A stretch of DNA of 64,000 nucleotides from a virus (lineage: Duplodnaviria > Heunggongvirae > Uroviricota > Caudoviricetes > Crassvirales). Within the stretch, counting starts at the first letter, position 1; each line of letters starts with the position of its first letter. Positions 20,079 through 28,734 of the stretch are shown piece after piece. The stretch lies in IMG/VR virus record IMGVR_UViG_3300035498_000265, positions 1-64,000 of that record. One strand, 5' to 3'. The notes below the pieces were generated by a model that saw nothing but the letters and a program-made list of their open reading frames with translations, was not told the origin of the DNA and ran no database searches. The position numbers and the translations under genes are program-made.

Positions 20079-20143
20079 AGTACATTAGTTTAATGGTAGA
20101 ATACAAGTTATTTGTGGTAAGAGTTCGACTCTCTTATGTACTC
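20079..20143 (+). ncRNA. Truncated 65-nt tRNA-like element
   Basis: Acceptor AGTACAT/ATGTACT, T-arm AAGAG-TTCGACT-CTCTT, D-like GTTT-AATGGTA-GAAT; only about 15 nt remain for the anticodon region. Confidence 0.3.
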
Positions 20144-20215
20144 CTCATGTGGTAATATTATTTAGAAATTGATATTTAATTGGATATACATTGTCTGAGA
20201 AGATAGTGTATAAAT

Positions 20216-20287
20216 GCTCTTATAGTTCAACGGATAGAATGTAGATTTCCTAAATCTGAGATGATGGTTCGATTCCATCTAGGAGTA
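20216..20287 (+). tRNA. tRNA-Arg (anticodon CCT)
   Basis: Acceptor GCTCTTA/TAGGAGT (two G-U pairs), D-arm GTTC..GAAT, anticodon arm TAGAT-TTCCTAA-ATCTG, T-arm GATGG-TTCGATT-CCATC. Confidence 0.6.
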
Positions 20288-20367
20288 CAAGCATATAATT
20301 ATAGAAATAAGAATTTCAAGAATTTCAATTCTAAAGTCTCGGTATGTGAATATAGAGACTTTTATAA

Positions 20368-20441
20368 GCATCAGTAGCTCAGTTGGATAGAGCAACAGTC
20401 TTCTAAACTGTGGGTCATGAGTTCGAGTCTCATCTGATGTA
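20368..20441 (+). tRNA. tRNA-Arg (anticodon TCT), second copy
   Basis: Acceptor GCATCAG/CTGATGT, D-arm GCTC-AGTTGGATA-GAGC, anticodon arm ACAGT-CTTCTAA-ACTGT, T-arm ATGAG-TTCGAGT-CTCAT. Confidence 0.7.
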
Positions 20442-20476
20442 CAATTAACTTTAATAAACAAATCAACACAAGAGCA

Positions 20477-20794
20477 ATGAAATGTATTTTTACAGAACAA
20501 GAAGATGCTTTGATTAAGAAAATCCCTGAGAAGCATCTAGGTAATCTCTCTAAAGGCTTTAGAGAGTTAGGCGAACAACTTGGTAGAAGTCCTCAATCTA
20601 TTTCTAGTAGATATTATTATCTTAAGAAGAAGGACAAAAACCAAGGTAACTATAGTTTTATGGTTATCTCTAACAAGCAATTAATTGGTGATAGGAAAAT
20701 AGTACGAGAAAATTGTCCTATAAGACCTATTAAATCCAAAAGAACATGGTTGAAAAATATCCTCGATAGATTATTTGGCAAGAAGGATAAGTAG
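20477..20794 (+). CDS. Small basic DNA-binding-like protein (HTH/Myb-like?), 105 aa; ends at TAG with TAA 8 codons downstream
   Basis: Track ORF; stop codon TAG at 20792-20794 followed by in-frame TAA. Confidence 0.45.
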   Translation: MKCIFTEQEDALIKKIPEKHLGNLSKGFRELGEQLGRSPQSISSRYYYLKKKDKNQGNYSFMVISNKQLIGDRKIVRENCPIRPIKSKRTWLKNILDRLFGKKDK

Positions 20795-21032
20795 TTTAAA
20801 TTATGGAAAAAGTAGTAAAGGTAACTTTCCTAACCGAAGAAAGCCGAGTGTAAAGCACTCCCCCGTATAAGTCTTAAGCCGAAATACTGGCCCCTCATTA
20901 TTTAGAGGCTGGAGGTACAGTAGGAAATAGCAACATTTTTAGGGCTTTGCACTCTCCATAATAATATTAAATTACCAAATACTTATTGTCTAAGAGGTTA
21001 GATGAGCTCAGATTATTCTCTAGTATATACTA

Positions 21033-21391
21033 GGAGTATTTCTGGGCTCTATATTTGGGGTATCATGGTATTGATTGCATATGTATTAGTAGAAGAACAT
21101 GGGGAGGGCATACTCCTAAAATAGCAAACTAAATTTAAACGCAGACACTTATACTACTGCATATGATATGGCTGCTTAAGCCTATCATCGAGTAGCACTT
21201 ACTTTGGAACAGAAAGGTGCAAACACAAACTTCTACAATAATATAAGTAGAATAGATTTCTCTGTTAGATTAAATAGAGTGGTGGAAGACTTCTGGTCAA
21301 CCTTGTGAATAAAACACATTAAAATTGAAAACTATGTATAATTCTTTTATTATGAGTGTGTAAGACGAGGGTTCGACTCCCTCATACTCCA
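21033..21391 (+). ncRNA. ssrA: tmRNA (ssrA-like), about 359 nt, tag peptide A-DTYTTAYDMAA
   Basis: 5-prime GGAGTAT-TTCTGGG... pairs with 3-prime ATACTCC-A following the T-arm GAGGG-TTCGACT-CCCTC; internal frame GCA GAC ACT TAT ACT ACT GCA TAT GAT ATG GCT GCT TAA at 21141-21179; no protein ORF on either strand. Confidence 0.75.
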
Positions 21392-21421
21392 CTAAAACTC
21401 AATTAACTTAAAACCCAGATT

Positions 21422-21892
21422 ATGGAACAAGAACTTAAAATCCCAGAAGGTTGGGAATTTTCTAGAGTAGAGGGTGATAAGATTATCCTCAAAGAAGGAA
21501 GACCTAAGACATGGGAAGACTGTGTTAAAAAAGTAGGCAGTAAAAATCTTGCATATATAAGTAGTGAATCTCAAATCTTAGAGTACAGTCACAAAGAAAG
21601 AGGCTTCATTAAAGAAGCCTTTGATAGTAATCTACTTCCTAAAAAGTATGTACAGCCGATGCTAGCTTTAGCAAAGTTGCTAGTATGCTATAAGGCATGG
21701 GCTAATACTTATGTACCTGATTGGACTAACCCTACACATGATAAATATGGTGTCTGTGTAATTGAAAATAGGCTAAGGGTAGTTAAAAGTGAATTTACTA
21801 GTAAATTATTTACATTCTCCTCTGAGAGCAAATGTAAAGAGTTCCTAGCAGCATTTGAAAGCTTACTTGAACAAGCTAAGCCTTTACTATAA
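21422..21892 (+). CDS. Hypothetical 156-aa protein, paralog A of a tandem pair
   Basis: Track ORF; shares LALAKLLVCYKAW...EQAKPLL with the 22110 ORF. Confidence 0.55.
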   Translation: MEQELKIPEGWEFSRVEGDKIILKEGRPKTWEDCVKKVGSKNLAYISSESQILEYSHKERGFIKEAFDSNLLPKKYVQPMLALAKLLVCYKAWANTYVPDWTNPTHDKYGVCVIENRLRVVKSEFTSKLFTFSSESKCKEFLAAFESLLEQAKPLL

Positions 21893-21936
21893 GGTGGATA
21901 AGTTATAAGAACAAATTGAATTAGGACTTATAGACA

Positions 21937-22104
21937 ATGAGTAATTCAAGTATAAAACACCTTATGACTACCTCTACAAATAAACCTCAATATTTACTTA
22001 CTGAGAAAGATGTTAAAGAACTTGATAAGTTAGTAAAACATGGATGGTTTATTAAACTAAAAGCTGGTTATCGTTATGTAAGATTTAAGATTAATCATAT
22101 TTAA
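21937..22104 (+). CDS. Small basic 55-aa protein
   Basis: ATG...TAA frame MSNSSIKHLMTTSTNKPQYLLTEKDVKELDKLVKHGWFIKLKAGYRYVRFKINHI. Confidence 0.3.
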   Translation: MSNSSIKHLMTTSTNKPQYLLTEKDVKELDKLVKHGWFIKLKAGYRYVRFKINHI

Positions 22105-22109
22105 AGATT

Positions 22110-22592
22110 ATGAACATAAAAGAAATAACCCTCCCTGATAGTTGGATAATAGATAAACAAGAAGGTAATAAACTTATCTTGAAAGAAGATTTGACTAAGT
22201 TAAACACTTGGGAGAGTTGCTTTGATAAACTTTTTTCAGAACAGGGTTTAAGGGTCATTGACTCTGAAGGATTTTTTGCTCTTCCTCATGTTAAAATGAA
22301 ACATAAATCTGTTGGGAAGACCATAATTCCAGTAGAGTATACATACTCAATGTTAGCTTTAATGCAGTTATTAGTTTGTTATAAAGCTTGGATTGGTGAT
22401 TGGAAACCTGATTGGGAGAATGATTGGGAGAGTGACCCATATAAATTTTATATTCGCGCAGATATGTACAGAATAACATTAGGTGCAACTAAAAATGAAT
22501 GGCACATATTCACTTTTCCAACTGAAGAAATGGCTAACAGATTCTTAGATACATTTAAAGCTTTATTAGAGAAAGCAAAACCGTTATTATAA
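22110..22592 (+). CDS. Hypothetical 160-aa protein, paralog B
   Basis: Track ORF; C-terminus ...LLEKAKPLL and core ...LLVCYKAW... match paralog A. Confidence 0.55.
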   Translation: MNIKEITLPDSWIIDKQEGNKLILKEDLTKLNTWESCFDKLFSEQGLRVIDSEGFFALPHVKMKHKSVGKTIIPVEYTYSMLALMQLLVCYKAWIGDWKPDWENDWESDPYKFYIRADMYRITLGATKNEWHIFTFPTEEMANRFLDTFKALLEKAKPLL

Positions 22593-22596
22593 AAAA

Positions 22597-23214
22597 ATGG
22601 AAGAAAGAAATATAAAATTAACTCTTGAGAAGGCTAAAGAGTGGTATAACAGTGATAGTAAAGAACTCAAGGAAGTTGCTTTACAAGCCTTTACAAAAGA
22701 AGAGCTCACTAAAGAGCCCTGGGAAAGAATTAAGACCTTTGAAGATGCTTGTAAATCACTGGGAATTGATTCTTCTTCACTAAATCTATTTGGCGGTTTT
22801 AGCCAAGATATAAGAGACCATCTTTTAGCTGTATATAAACTTGACACCATTAGGAGAGCTCTTAATGGTGATTGGAGGCCCAAACTAACTGAAGGTAAAG
22901 TGTATTACCCTTATGTAGCAATCTACAAGGAATCAGAAGATATTAATCCTAATGGTGCTAGAAGTAGGATTTGCTTTACTACTAACGGTTGTAAAAGGTG
23001 GAAGCTCGTTGGTGGTGCCTATAGCTATTGTGACGATGGGGTTGGCAGCTTCGGTGTGGGTTACGGTAGTGTTAGTGCTTATGCTGGCCTCCTCTGTTGT
23101 AAATCAATAGAAATTGCTAAGCACATGAGCTTGTATTTCCCTAAAGAAATATTTGAAGCTTGTTACTCTCATCTTGGACTTGTAATCTCGTGGGATAAGC
23201 AAGTTATGCTATGA
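22597..23214 (+). CDS. Hypothetical 205-aa protein with Gly/Cys-rich C-terminal segment
   Basis: Track ORF. Confidence 0.5.
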   Translation: MEERNIKLTLEKAKEWYNSDSKELKEVALQAFTKEELTKEPWERIKTFEDACKSLGIDSSSLNLFGGFSQDIRDHLLAVYKLDTIRRALNGDWRPKLTEGKVYYPYVAIYKESEDINPNGARSRICFTTNGCKRWKLVGGAYSYCDDGVGSFGVGYGSVSAYAGLLCCKSIEIAKHMSLYFPKEIFEACYSHLGLVISWDKQVML

Positions 23215-23392
23215 TAGTTTGAGTGAAGCATTTTAAGCTTACATTTATGTGAAGCAACGTAGCTCTTTATTAGTATCGTATTAGACTAACTGTAGTCTCT
23301 TGCAGGAGCTAAATAGAAGAGAGACAACAAGAGTATAATGCAATGTGGGAGGGGATGCTCTCCCCATTGCTTAACAATTAAATTCTCAAGAC

Positions 23393-24517
23393 ATGAAAGT
23401 ACCATCAATGATTTGGTTAAAGAATGGTAGAGAACTTAGCCAAGTCGAAGACTCAATACAAGTAATTGAGGAACTTCCTAAGAAGATATACACTCTGCAA
23501 AAGAAGCCATTATCGGGGGATTTATATTTAGAGGAATTTGCTGATGAGTTTAGTTTTAATTTCAAATTATATGGTATTGAGACTAGATTCATAGAACATG
23601 TTCTAAAGACATTTGAATCCACTAACACTAACTTAGGTGTCCTATTAAATGGTGTAAAGGGTACAGGTAAAACTATTACTGCTAAAATATTAGCTAATAA
23701 GATGAATTTACCTGTAATCCTAGTGAATGGTTATTACGAAGGATTGGCTGAATTTATAGCTAAAATTGAAAGTGATTGCATTTTATTCTTTGATGAATAT
23801 GAAAAAAGATTTGACAAAGAGAGGATGACTGACACTGACATTCTAGCTATAATGGACGGTGTCTTCAATAGCCCTCATAGGAGAGTATTCCTATTAACTA
23901 CCAATAGTCTCTATATTAATGATAATATGATTGGTAGACCATCAAGAATAAGATATAAGAAAACCTTTAGCAATCTTCCTCCTGAAATAGTTAAGGAATA
24001 CCTAGATGATAATTTGATTAACAAAGAGTATACCCAATCAATTATCTCTTATATTGACACTCTAGCTATCTCTACTATTGATATATTAAAAGCAGTAGTA
24101 GATGAATTCAATATCCATAATACTCCTTTGAGTGAATGGAAGAACTTCTTTAACACTGAACCTGCTAGATATACATGGTCTTGTTATGTATACAAGCAAG
24201 ATAGTGATGAAGAATTCTCTAAAGAAGAATTTAAAGAAAAGCTAAATATGCTAGGAACTCTTTATAAAACAAGTGAAGGTAAAGACGATATTTATGGCTT
24301 AGATGACCTTGACTTATGGTGCTCAACAGTGAGAACTAATGAGTCTATCTTTAGTTTAAGAGTAGGTGAAGACTTTGGTCAATATGGCACAATAGTTGAA
24401 GTACTCTTAGATGAAGGTATGGTCATTACTACTGATGATTATAACTCTACATACTATGCAAAGATACTTAATCTAGAAACTAAACCATCTCTATATAGAG
24501 GAGGTCTAGTATTCTAA
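23393..24517 (+). CDS. AAA+ ATPase
   Basis: Walker A GVKGTGKT and Walker B ILFFDEYE in the 374-aa track ORF. Confidence 0.6.
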   Translation: MKVPSMIWLKNGRELSQVEDSIQVIEELPKKIYTLQKKPLSGDLYLEEFADEFSFNFKLYGIETRFIEHVLKTFESTNTNLGVLLNGVKGTGKTITAKILANKMNLPVILVNGYYEGLAEFIAKIESDCILFFDEYEKRFDKERMTDTDILAIMDGVFNSPHRRVFLLTTNSLYINDNMIGRPSRIRYKKTFSNLPPEIVKEYLDDNLINKEYTQSIISYIDTLAISTIDILKAVVDEFNIHNTPLSEWKNFFNTEPARYTWSCYVYKQDSDEEFSKEEFKEKLNMLGTLYKTSEGKDDIYGLDDLDLWCSTVRTNESIFSLRVGEDFGQYGTIVEVLLDEGMVITTDDYNSTYYAKILNLETKPSLYRGGLVF

Positions 24518-24568
24518 AACCTTTTATCGCTAGGCTATCTTACCTCTCTAGGTAGTCTAGCATCGCTT

Positions 24569-24653
24569 GCCCTCATGATGGAATTGGTAGACATGAGAGA
24601 CTTAAAATCTCTTGGTCATTGTGACTGTATGGGTTCAAGTCCCATTGGGGGTA
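24569..24653 (+). tRNA. tRNA-Leu (anticodon TAA), type II
   Basis: Acceptor GCCCTCA/TGGGGGT, Leu-type D-arm GGAATTGGTAGAC, anticodon arm AGAGA-CTTAAAA-TCTCT, variable hairpin GTCA-TTG-TGAC, T-arm ATGGG-TTCAAGT-CCCAT, discriminator A. Confidence 0.75.
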
Positions 24654-24674
24654 CTACCTTAGGAATTTAAATCT

Positions 24675-25118
24675 ATGAGTGAAATTAAAGTCAGACTCAG
24701 CCTTGATGTACAAGGTGCTCAATTGCTGAGCGAGCAGGAGTGCTCTAAAAACCCAAAAGAAAGTTATAATACTGAAATTATCTCTGTTGAAGCTTCCACA
24801 AAGAGTGGAAAGCCTGTTAGAGAGATTCTAACTATTAATACTAGAAAAAATCGAATAATTAAACAATCATTAAACATCTCAAAGGAAGCCTACAACTACT
24901 ATGTCTCAGACAATGAGCCTCCTACAGAAAGGCTCGCTAAGAGAATCTACTTGAAGAAAGAAGTAGGCAAACAACCAAATGGCAAACCTAACAAAGTAAC
25001 TGTTGAGACCACTCTGTGGGCTCAATATACTCCTAAGCAAAGGCTTAATTGGCATATGTCAAAAATAGCTGAAAGCTTAGGTGCTATTGGCTATTCCTTT
25101 GAAATATTAGATGACTAA
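24675..25118 (+). CDS. Hypothetical 147-aa protein
   Basis: Track ORF. Confidence 0.5.
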   Translation: MSEIKVRLSLDVQGAQLLSEQECSKNPKESYNTEIISVEASTKSGKPVREILTINTRKNRIIKQSLNISKEAYNYYVSDNEPPTERLAKRIYLKKEVGKQPNGKPNKVTVETTLWAQYTPKQRLNWHMSKIAESLGAIGYSFEILDD

Positions 25119-25179
25119 TATACAGAGGGGTATAGGTAGTTAATTCTACCTATATTCTTTCTGTACTAATAGAGTTAAC

Positions 25180-25362
25180 ATGGAAGTTATAATATTCTTT
25201 ATTCTATTTATAACCCCTATAATCTGGGCTTATAAATTCTATGAACCTAGACTAGATGTGGTGATTAGTCCTAATAACAAGGTAGTTCTTCTGTGGTATA
25301 ACTCTTGGGATGACTTATACAATTACAAAAGAACGTATAAGAAATTATTTGTCATCAAATAA
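25180..25362 (+). CDS. Small membrane protein, 60 aa
   Basis: Track ORF; hydrophobic N-terminus. Confidence 0.35.
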   Translation: MEVIIFFILFITPIIWAYKFYEPRLDVVISPNNKVVLLWYNSWDDLYNYKRTYKKLFVIK

Positions 25363-25378
25363 AGTTAAACCACTTAAA

Positions 25379-25582
25379 TATAAGATTATGAAGACTGCTT
25401 ACATTCTAGTTGCATGGTTTGTCATAGCTATATTGACTATCAATTTTAGCATAGACTTAATCAATGCTGCAAATACTATTTCTAATATAGTAGGATTATT
25501 CTTACTATTAACGGTGATAGTAGTATCAATTAAAACAAATTGCTTTTTACATCTAACAAAATTAATAAAACCAAGAAAATGA
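25379..25582 (+). CDS. Membrane protein of about 67 aa (two transmembrane helices)
   Basis: Internal ATG of track ORF 25310-25582 (MKTAYILVAWFVIAILTINF...); the upstream part of the track ORF overlaps the previous gene. Confidence 0.35.
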   Translation, partial: YKIMKTAYILVAWFVIAILTINFSIDLINAANTISNIVGLFLLLTVIVVSIKTNCFLHLTKLIKPRK

Positions 25583-26361
25583 AAAAGAAATTTATTATTG
25601 GCCTTATAGGTCTTTTTGTTTGCATGGGTGTATGCTCATGTGAAAGGATTGACGCTGGCCATGAAGGAATCAAAGTTAATCTCTATGGAGATGACAAAGG
25701 TGTTGGAGAAGTGTCTATGTGCACAGGTATGGTGTGCTATAACCCATTTACAACTGCAATCTATGAGTACCCAACATTCGTACAAACTGTAGACTATGAG
25801 CCCTTTACTATCAATGCAAAGGATGGCTCAGAGTTTACTGTAGACCCAACTGTCTCATTGAAGATTGTTGACGGTAAATCACCTGCTGTATTTAAGAAAT
25901 ACAGGAAAGAGCTAAAAGATATTATTAATGGAACTCTATATAATTATGTAAAGAATGCATTTAGGATACAGCTGAATAACTTTACTACTGATTATATTGT
26001 AAGTAACAGGGATTCTATTGAAAATGCTATTGAAAAGTATCTAGCGGCTGATTTGCTAAAAGAGAATTTTCAACTTGAGCAACTTACTTCTGGTCTCAAA
26101 TATCCAGAGACTATTGTCAAGGCTGTAAATGAGAAGAATAGAGCTATTCAAGAGGCCCAAAAAGCTCAGAATGAAGTAGCTGTAGCTGAGGCTCAAGCTA
26201 AGAAACTACTAGTAGCAGCTAATGCAGAGGCTGAAGCTAATAGACTTAAGCAACAAGCTCTTACTCCTCAAATCTTAGAGAAAATGTGGATAGAAAAGTG
26301 GGATGGTAAGTTGCCAGTCTATGGACAAGTCCCCACATTGTTTAAAGACATTACTAAGTGA
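25579..26361 (+). CDS. SPFH/band-7 (HflK/C-, stomatin-like) membrane protein with lipoprotein-like N-terminus
   Basis: Track ORF 25540-26361 trimmed to MKKKFIIGLIGLFVCMGVCSC; central SPFH-like region and Ala/Gln-rich coiled coil (AQKAQNEVAVAEAQAKKLLVAANAEAEANRLKQQAL). Confidence 0.5.
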   Translation: MKKKFIIGLIGLFVCMGVCSCERIDAGHEGIKVNLYGDDKGVGEVSMCTGMVCYNPFTTAIYEYPTFVQTVDYEPFTINAKDGSEFTVDPTVSLKIVDGKSPAVFKKYRKELKDIINGTLYNYVKNAFRIQLNNFTTDYIVSNRDSIENAIEKYLAADLLKENFQLEQLTSGLKYPETIVKAVNEKNRAIQEAQKAQNEVAVAEAQAKKLLVAANAEAEANRLKQQALTPQILEKMWIEKWDGKLPVYGQVPTLFKDITK

Positions 26362-26672
26362 TAGAAGTATTTTACCTAATAGGCTTAGTCACCCTTTTAA
26401 TACAGCTATATGTATTAAAACATACTAAGTATGTTTATACATATGGCTCTTTTAAGAAGAGTGATGAGGAGAACTTAAAGCCTATAAGTATCCCAGTATG
26501 GCATGTAATAGTAGCAATTCTTATAGTATGTATACCTTACGTTGGTGTTATTCTTGAAAATTTGTTTTTCACTCTACGCTGGGTAATTAAGTATGCTGAT
26601 ATAAAAGATGACTACCGTTCATACTATGTCTATTGGAGACTCAGAGACTCATTTTTAACTAAATCAATTTAA
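26358..26672 (+). CDS. Membrane protein, 104 aa
   Basis: Track ORF; two hydrophobic segments. Confidence 0.4.
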   Translation: MIEVFYLIGLVTLLIQLYVLKHTKYVYTYGSFKKSDEENLKPISIPVWHVIVAILIVCIPYVGVILENLFFTLRWVIKYADIKDDYRSYYVYWRLRDSFLTKSI

Positions 26673-27193
26673 TGAAAAAGCTAATCATAGTTCTAAAGAC
26701 TATAATCCCAATAGGTGCAATGCTATCATTCATAATCTACATGTGCACGTTAGAGAGTAAAAGCAATAATCACACACCTACTGAGGAAATAGCTTTAGAT
26801 TCTATACCCACTACTCCTAAGTTCTTCTCACAATCTCCTAGTGAAGGCTTATGGGATGCTTTAATTTACTATGAAATTCAACACCCTGAGATAGTATATG
26901 CTCAAGCTGTACTAGAAACAGGGCACTTTAAATCAAAGGGTTGTAATGAACATAACAACCTCTTTGGTTTATATAATAGTAAAAAGAAAAGCTATCATAA
27001 GTTTAGTCACTGGACAGAAAGTGTGGTAGCTTATAGAGAGTGGATTCAGTATAGGTATAGGTCTCCCACTAACTATTATGAGTTCTTGGAATCTATACAT
27101 TATGCCGAGGACAAAACATATACAACTAAATTAAAAAAGATTGTAAGTAATGGCAAAGTTAAGCAAGATGCAAGCCCAAGCTGTCATCAATAA
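26672..27193 (+). CDS. Signal-anchored glucosaminidase-domain peptidoglycan hydrolase (endolysin-like)
   Basis: N-terminal transmembrane segment; motif AQAVLETGHF...NNLFGL typical of mannosyl-glycoprotein endo-beta-N-acetylglucosaminidase (FlgJ-type) domains. Confidence 0.5.
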   Translation: MKKLIIVLKTIIPIGAMLSFIIYMCTLESKSNNHTPTEEIALDSIPTTPKFFSQSPSEGLWDALIYYEIQHPEIVYAQAVLETGHFKSKGCNEHNNLFGLYNSKKKSYHKFSHWTESVVAYREWIQYRYRSPTNYYEFLESIHYAEDKTYTTKLKKIVSNGKVKQDASPSCHQ

Positions 27194-27560
27194 GCTAGAA
27201 AGAGAGTCTCGAGTACTACGAGAGGCTCTTATCAAAAAGGCTAAGGAGGAATATGTTCTCTCTGGCAAAGCTAAAGAAATAGCTGAGATGATAGAGCGGC
27301 GTGATAAACTTAAAGCAGAAGCTGAATCTATTGCTGAGAATATCAGGAAATCTGCTGAGGACTTAGGTGTAACTGGTGTATACCTATATAGTAAATCAGA
27401 AGAAATCATTGAGAAACTCATAAATAAAGGGGTAGAAGAAAAATACCCTAAAATAGACTTGGAAGCTGCTCTCGATGAGTTAATTATTAAGTCTGTGGAC
27501 GATGTAATCGACATAGATGGATTTATTGAACATTATCTTAAACAAATGAGAAATGGGTGA
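27150..27560 (+). CDS. Coiled-coil protein, 136 aa
   Basis: Track ORF overlapping neighbours by a few codons. Confidence 0.45.
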   Translation: MAKLSKMQAQAVINKLERESRVLREALIKKAKEEYVLSGKAKEIAEMIERRDKLKAEAESIAENIRKSAEDLGVTGVYLYSKSEEIIEKLINKGVEEKYPKIDLEAALDELIIKSVDDVIDIDGFIEHYLKQMRNG

Positions 27561-28734
27561 TAGAGAAGCTGTAAAGGCTGCCATACTTAATATGCCAAAT
27601 AATAACCTGCTCATTGAGCTGCCAACTGGGCATGGTAAGACAGCTGTTGCACTTGAGCTATTAAGAGCTAGATTAGCTCCTAATAGTAAAGTATTAGTCG
27701 TTGTTCCTAGAATAGTATTGAAAAGAAACTTTATGCAGGAAGTAAAAAGATGGTGGCCAGAATGCCAAATTCAATATACACTGACTACATATAGGTCTTT
27801 AGATAAGCACGCTGGAAATTGGGATGCTGTGGTATATGATGAAGCTCATCATTTTACACCTAGATGCCAAGAAGCTGCTAAGAAGATAAATAGTAAAAAT
27901 TCAATACTTCTTTCTGCTACAGTCTCACAAAGGCTAAAAGAATCACTGAGTAAATTATTCAGTAATCTAGGTCTTTATAAGAGAACTGTAAAGGAGGCTA
28001 TAGACAATGGAGTTTTACCAGACCCCAAGGTTTATCTGTTACCTCTAGAGCTAGATAATACTCTAGAACTAGAAACTATCATTAAGAACCCTAAGTGTCT
28101 ACAGGAAGTTCATGTATCTTGGAAAAATAGGTGGCAATACCTAGGAAGAAAAGATATAAGAATTTGCATACATTGTACTAAGAAGCAATTTATGCTAGAC
28201 CTAGATGGACAAATTAATTGGTGGAAAGAAAAGTTCCAGAGAACTAGACAAGAGTCATTTAAGAATCAATGGCTCAAGCTTTGTGGTAATAGATTAAAGA
28301 TATTGAGTAATTGGAGAACATCTAATTCAACTGAAATACTTAAGTATCTCAAGAATTATAGGACACTAACTTTCTGTAATAGTATTGAGCACACTGAAGT
28401 ATTAGGTAAATACTGTGTTAATAGTAAGAATAAGATGTATCTTAATATACTTGATGACTTTAATAGTGGTAGAATTAAGCATATAACTGCATGTAATATG
28501 CTTAATGAAGGTGTTAATTTGGTAAATTGTAGAATTGGTATCTATGCAGTTTTGAATAGCTCAGAAACTCTCATAAAACAGAAACTAGGAAGGTTATTAA
28601 GACATGAACATCCTATTCTCATAGTCCCTTATTACGTAGGCACTAGAGAAGAAGAGATTGTTAAGACGATGCTCCAGGATTATAATCCTGACCTAGTGTC
28701 TGTGGTTAAAGATGTTAAAGATATAGTTTTATGA
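27553..28734 (+). CDS. Superfamily-2 DEAH-box helicase
   Basis: Motif I PTGHGKT and motif II VVYDEAHHF. Confidence 0.6.
   Translation: MGDREAVKAAILNMPNNNLLIELPTGHGKTAVALELLRARLAPNSKVLVVVPRIVLKRNFMQEVKRWWPECQIQYTLTTYRSLDKHAGNWDAVVYDEAHHFTPRCQEAAKKINSKNSILLSATVSQRLKESLSKLFSNLGLYKRTVKEAIDNGVLPDPKVYLLPLELDNTLELETIIKNPKCLQEVHVSWKNRWQYLGRKDIRICIHCTKKQFMLDLDGQINWWKEKFQRTRQESFKNQWLKLCGNRLKILSNWRTSNSTEILKYLKNYRTLTFCNSIEHTEVLGKYCVNSKNKMYLNILDDFNSGRIKHITACNMLNEGVNLVNCRIGIYAVLNSSETLIKQKLGRLLRHEHPILIVPYYVGTREEEIVKTMLQDYNPDLVSVVKDVKDIVL

Noticed and set aside
21034-21117. 84-nt element with a 7-bp terminal stem GGAGTAT...ATACTCC, considered as a stand-alone tRNA or the 5-prime exon of an intron-containing tRNA. 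The orphan tRNA 3-prime half at 21355-21391 was considered as an integration (att) remnant.
   Set aside because: No D-arm, anticodon arm or T-loop in the 84-nt piece. The same GGAGTAT pairs better with the distal ATACTCC after a canonical T-arm, giving a 359-nt tmRNA with a textbook tag frame.
27131-27514. Minus-strand track ORFs inside the plus-strand early/middle block (27131-27514, 31217-31519, 31579-31860, 32165-32521, 33686-34003, 53065-53583 and others)
   Set aside because: They are Ser/Leu-rich antisense shadows of well-supported plus-strand genes and would disrupt a uniformly co-directional operon structure.
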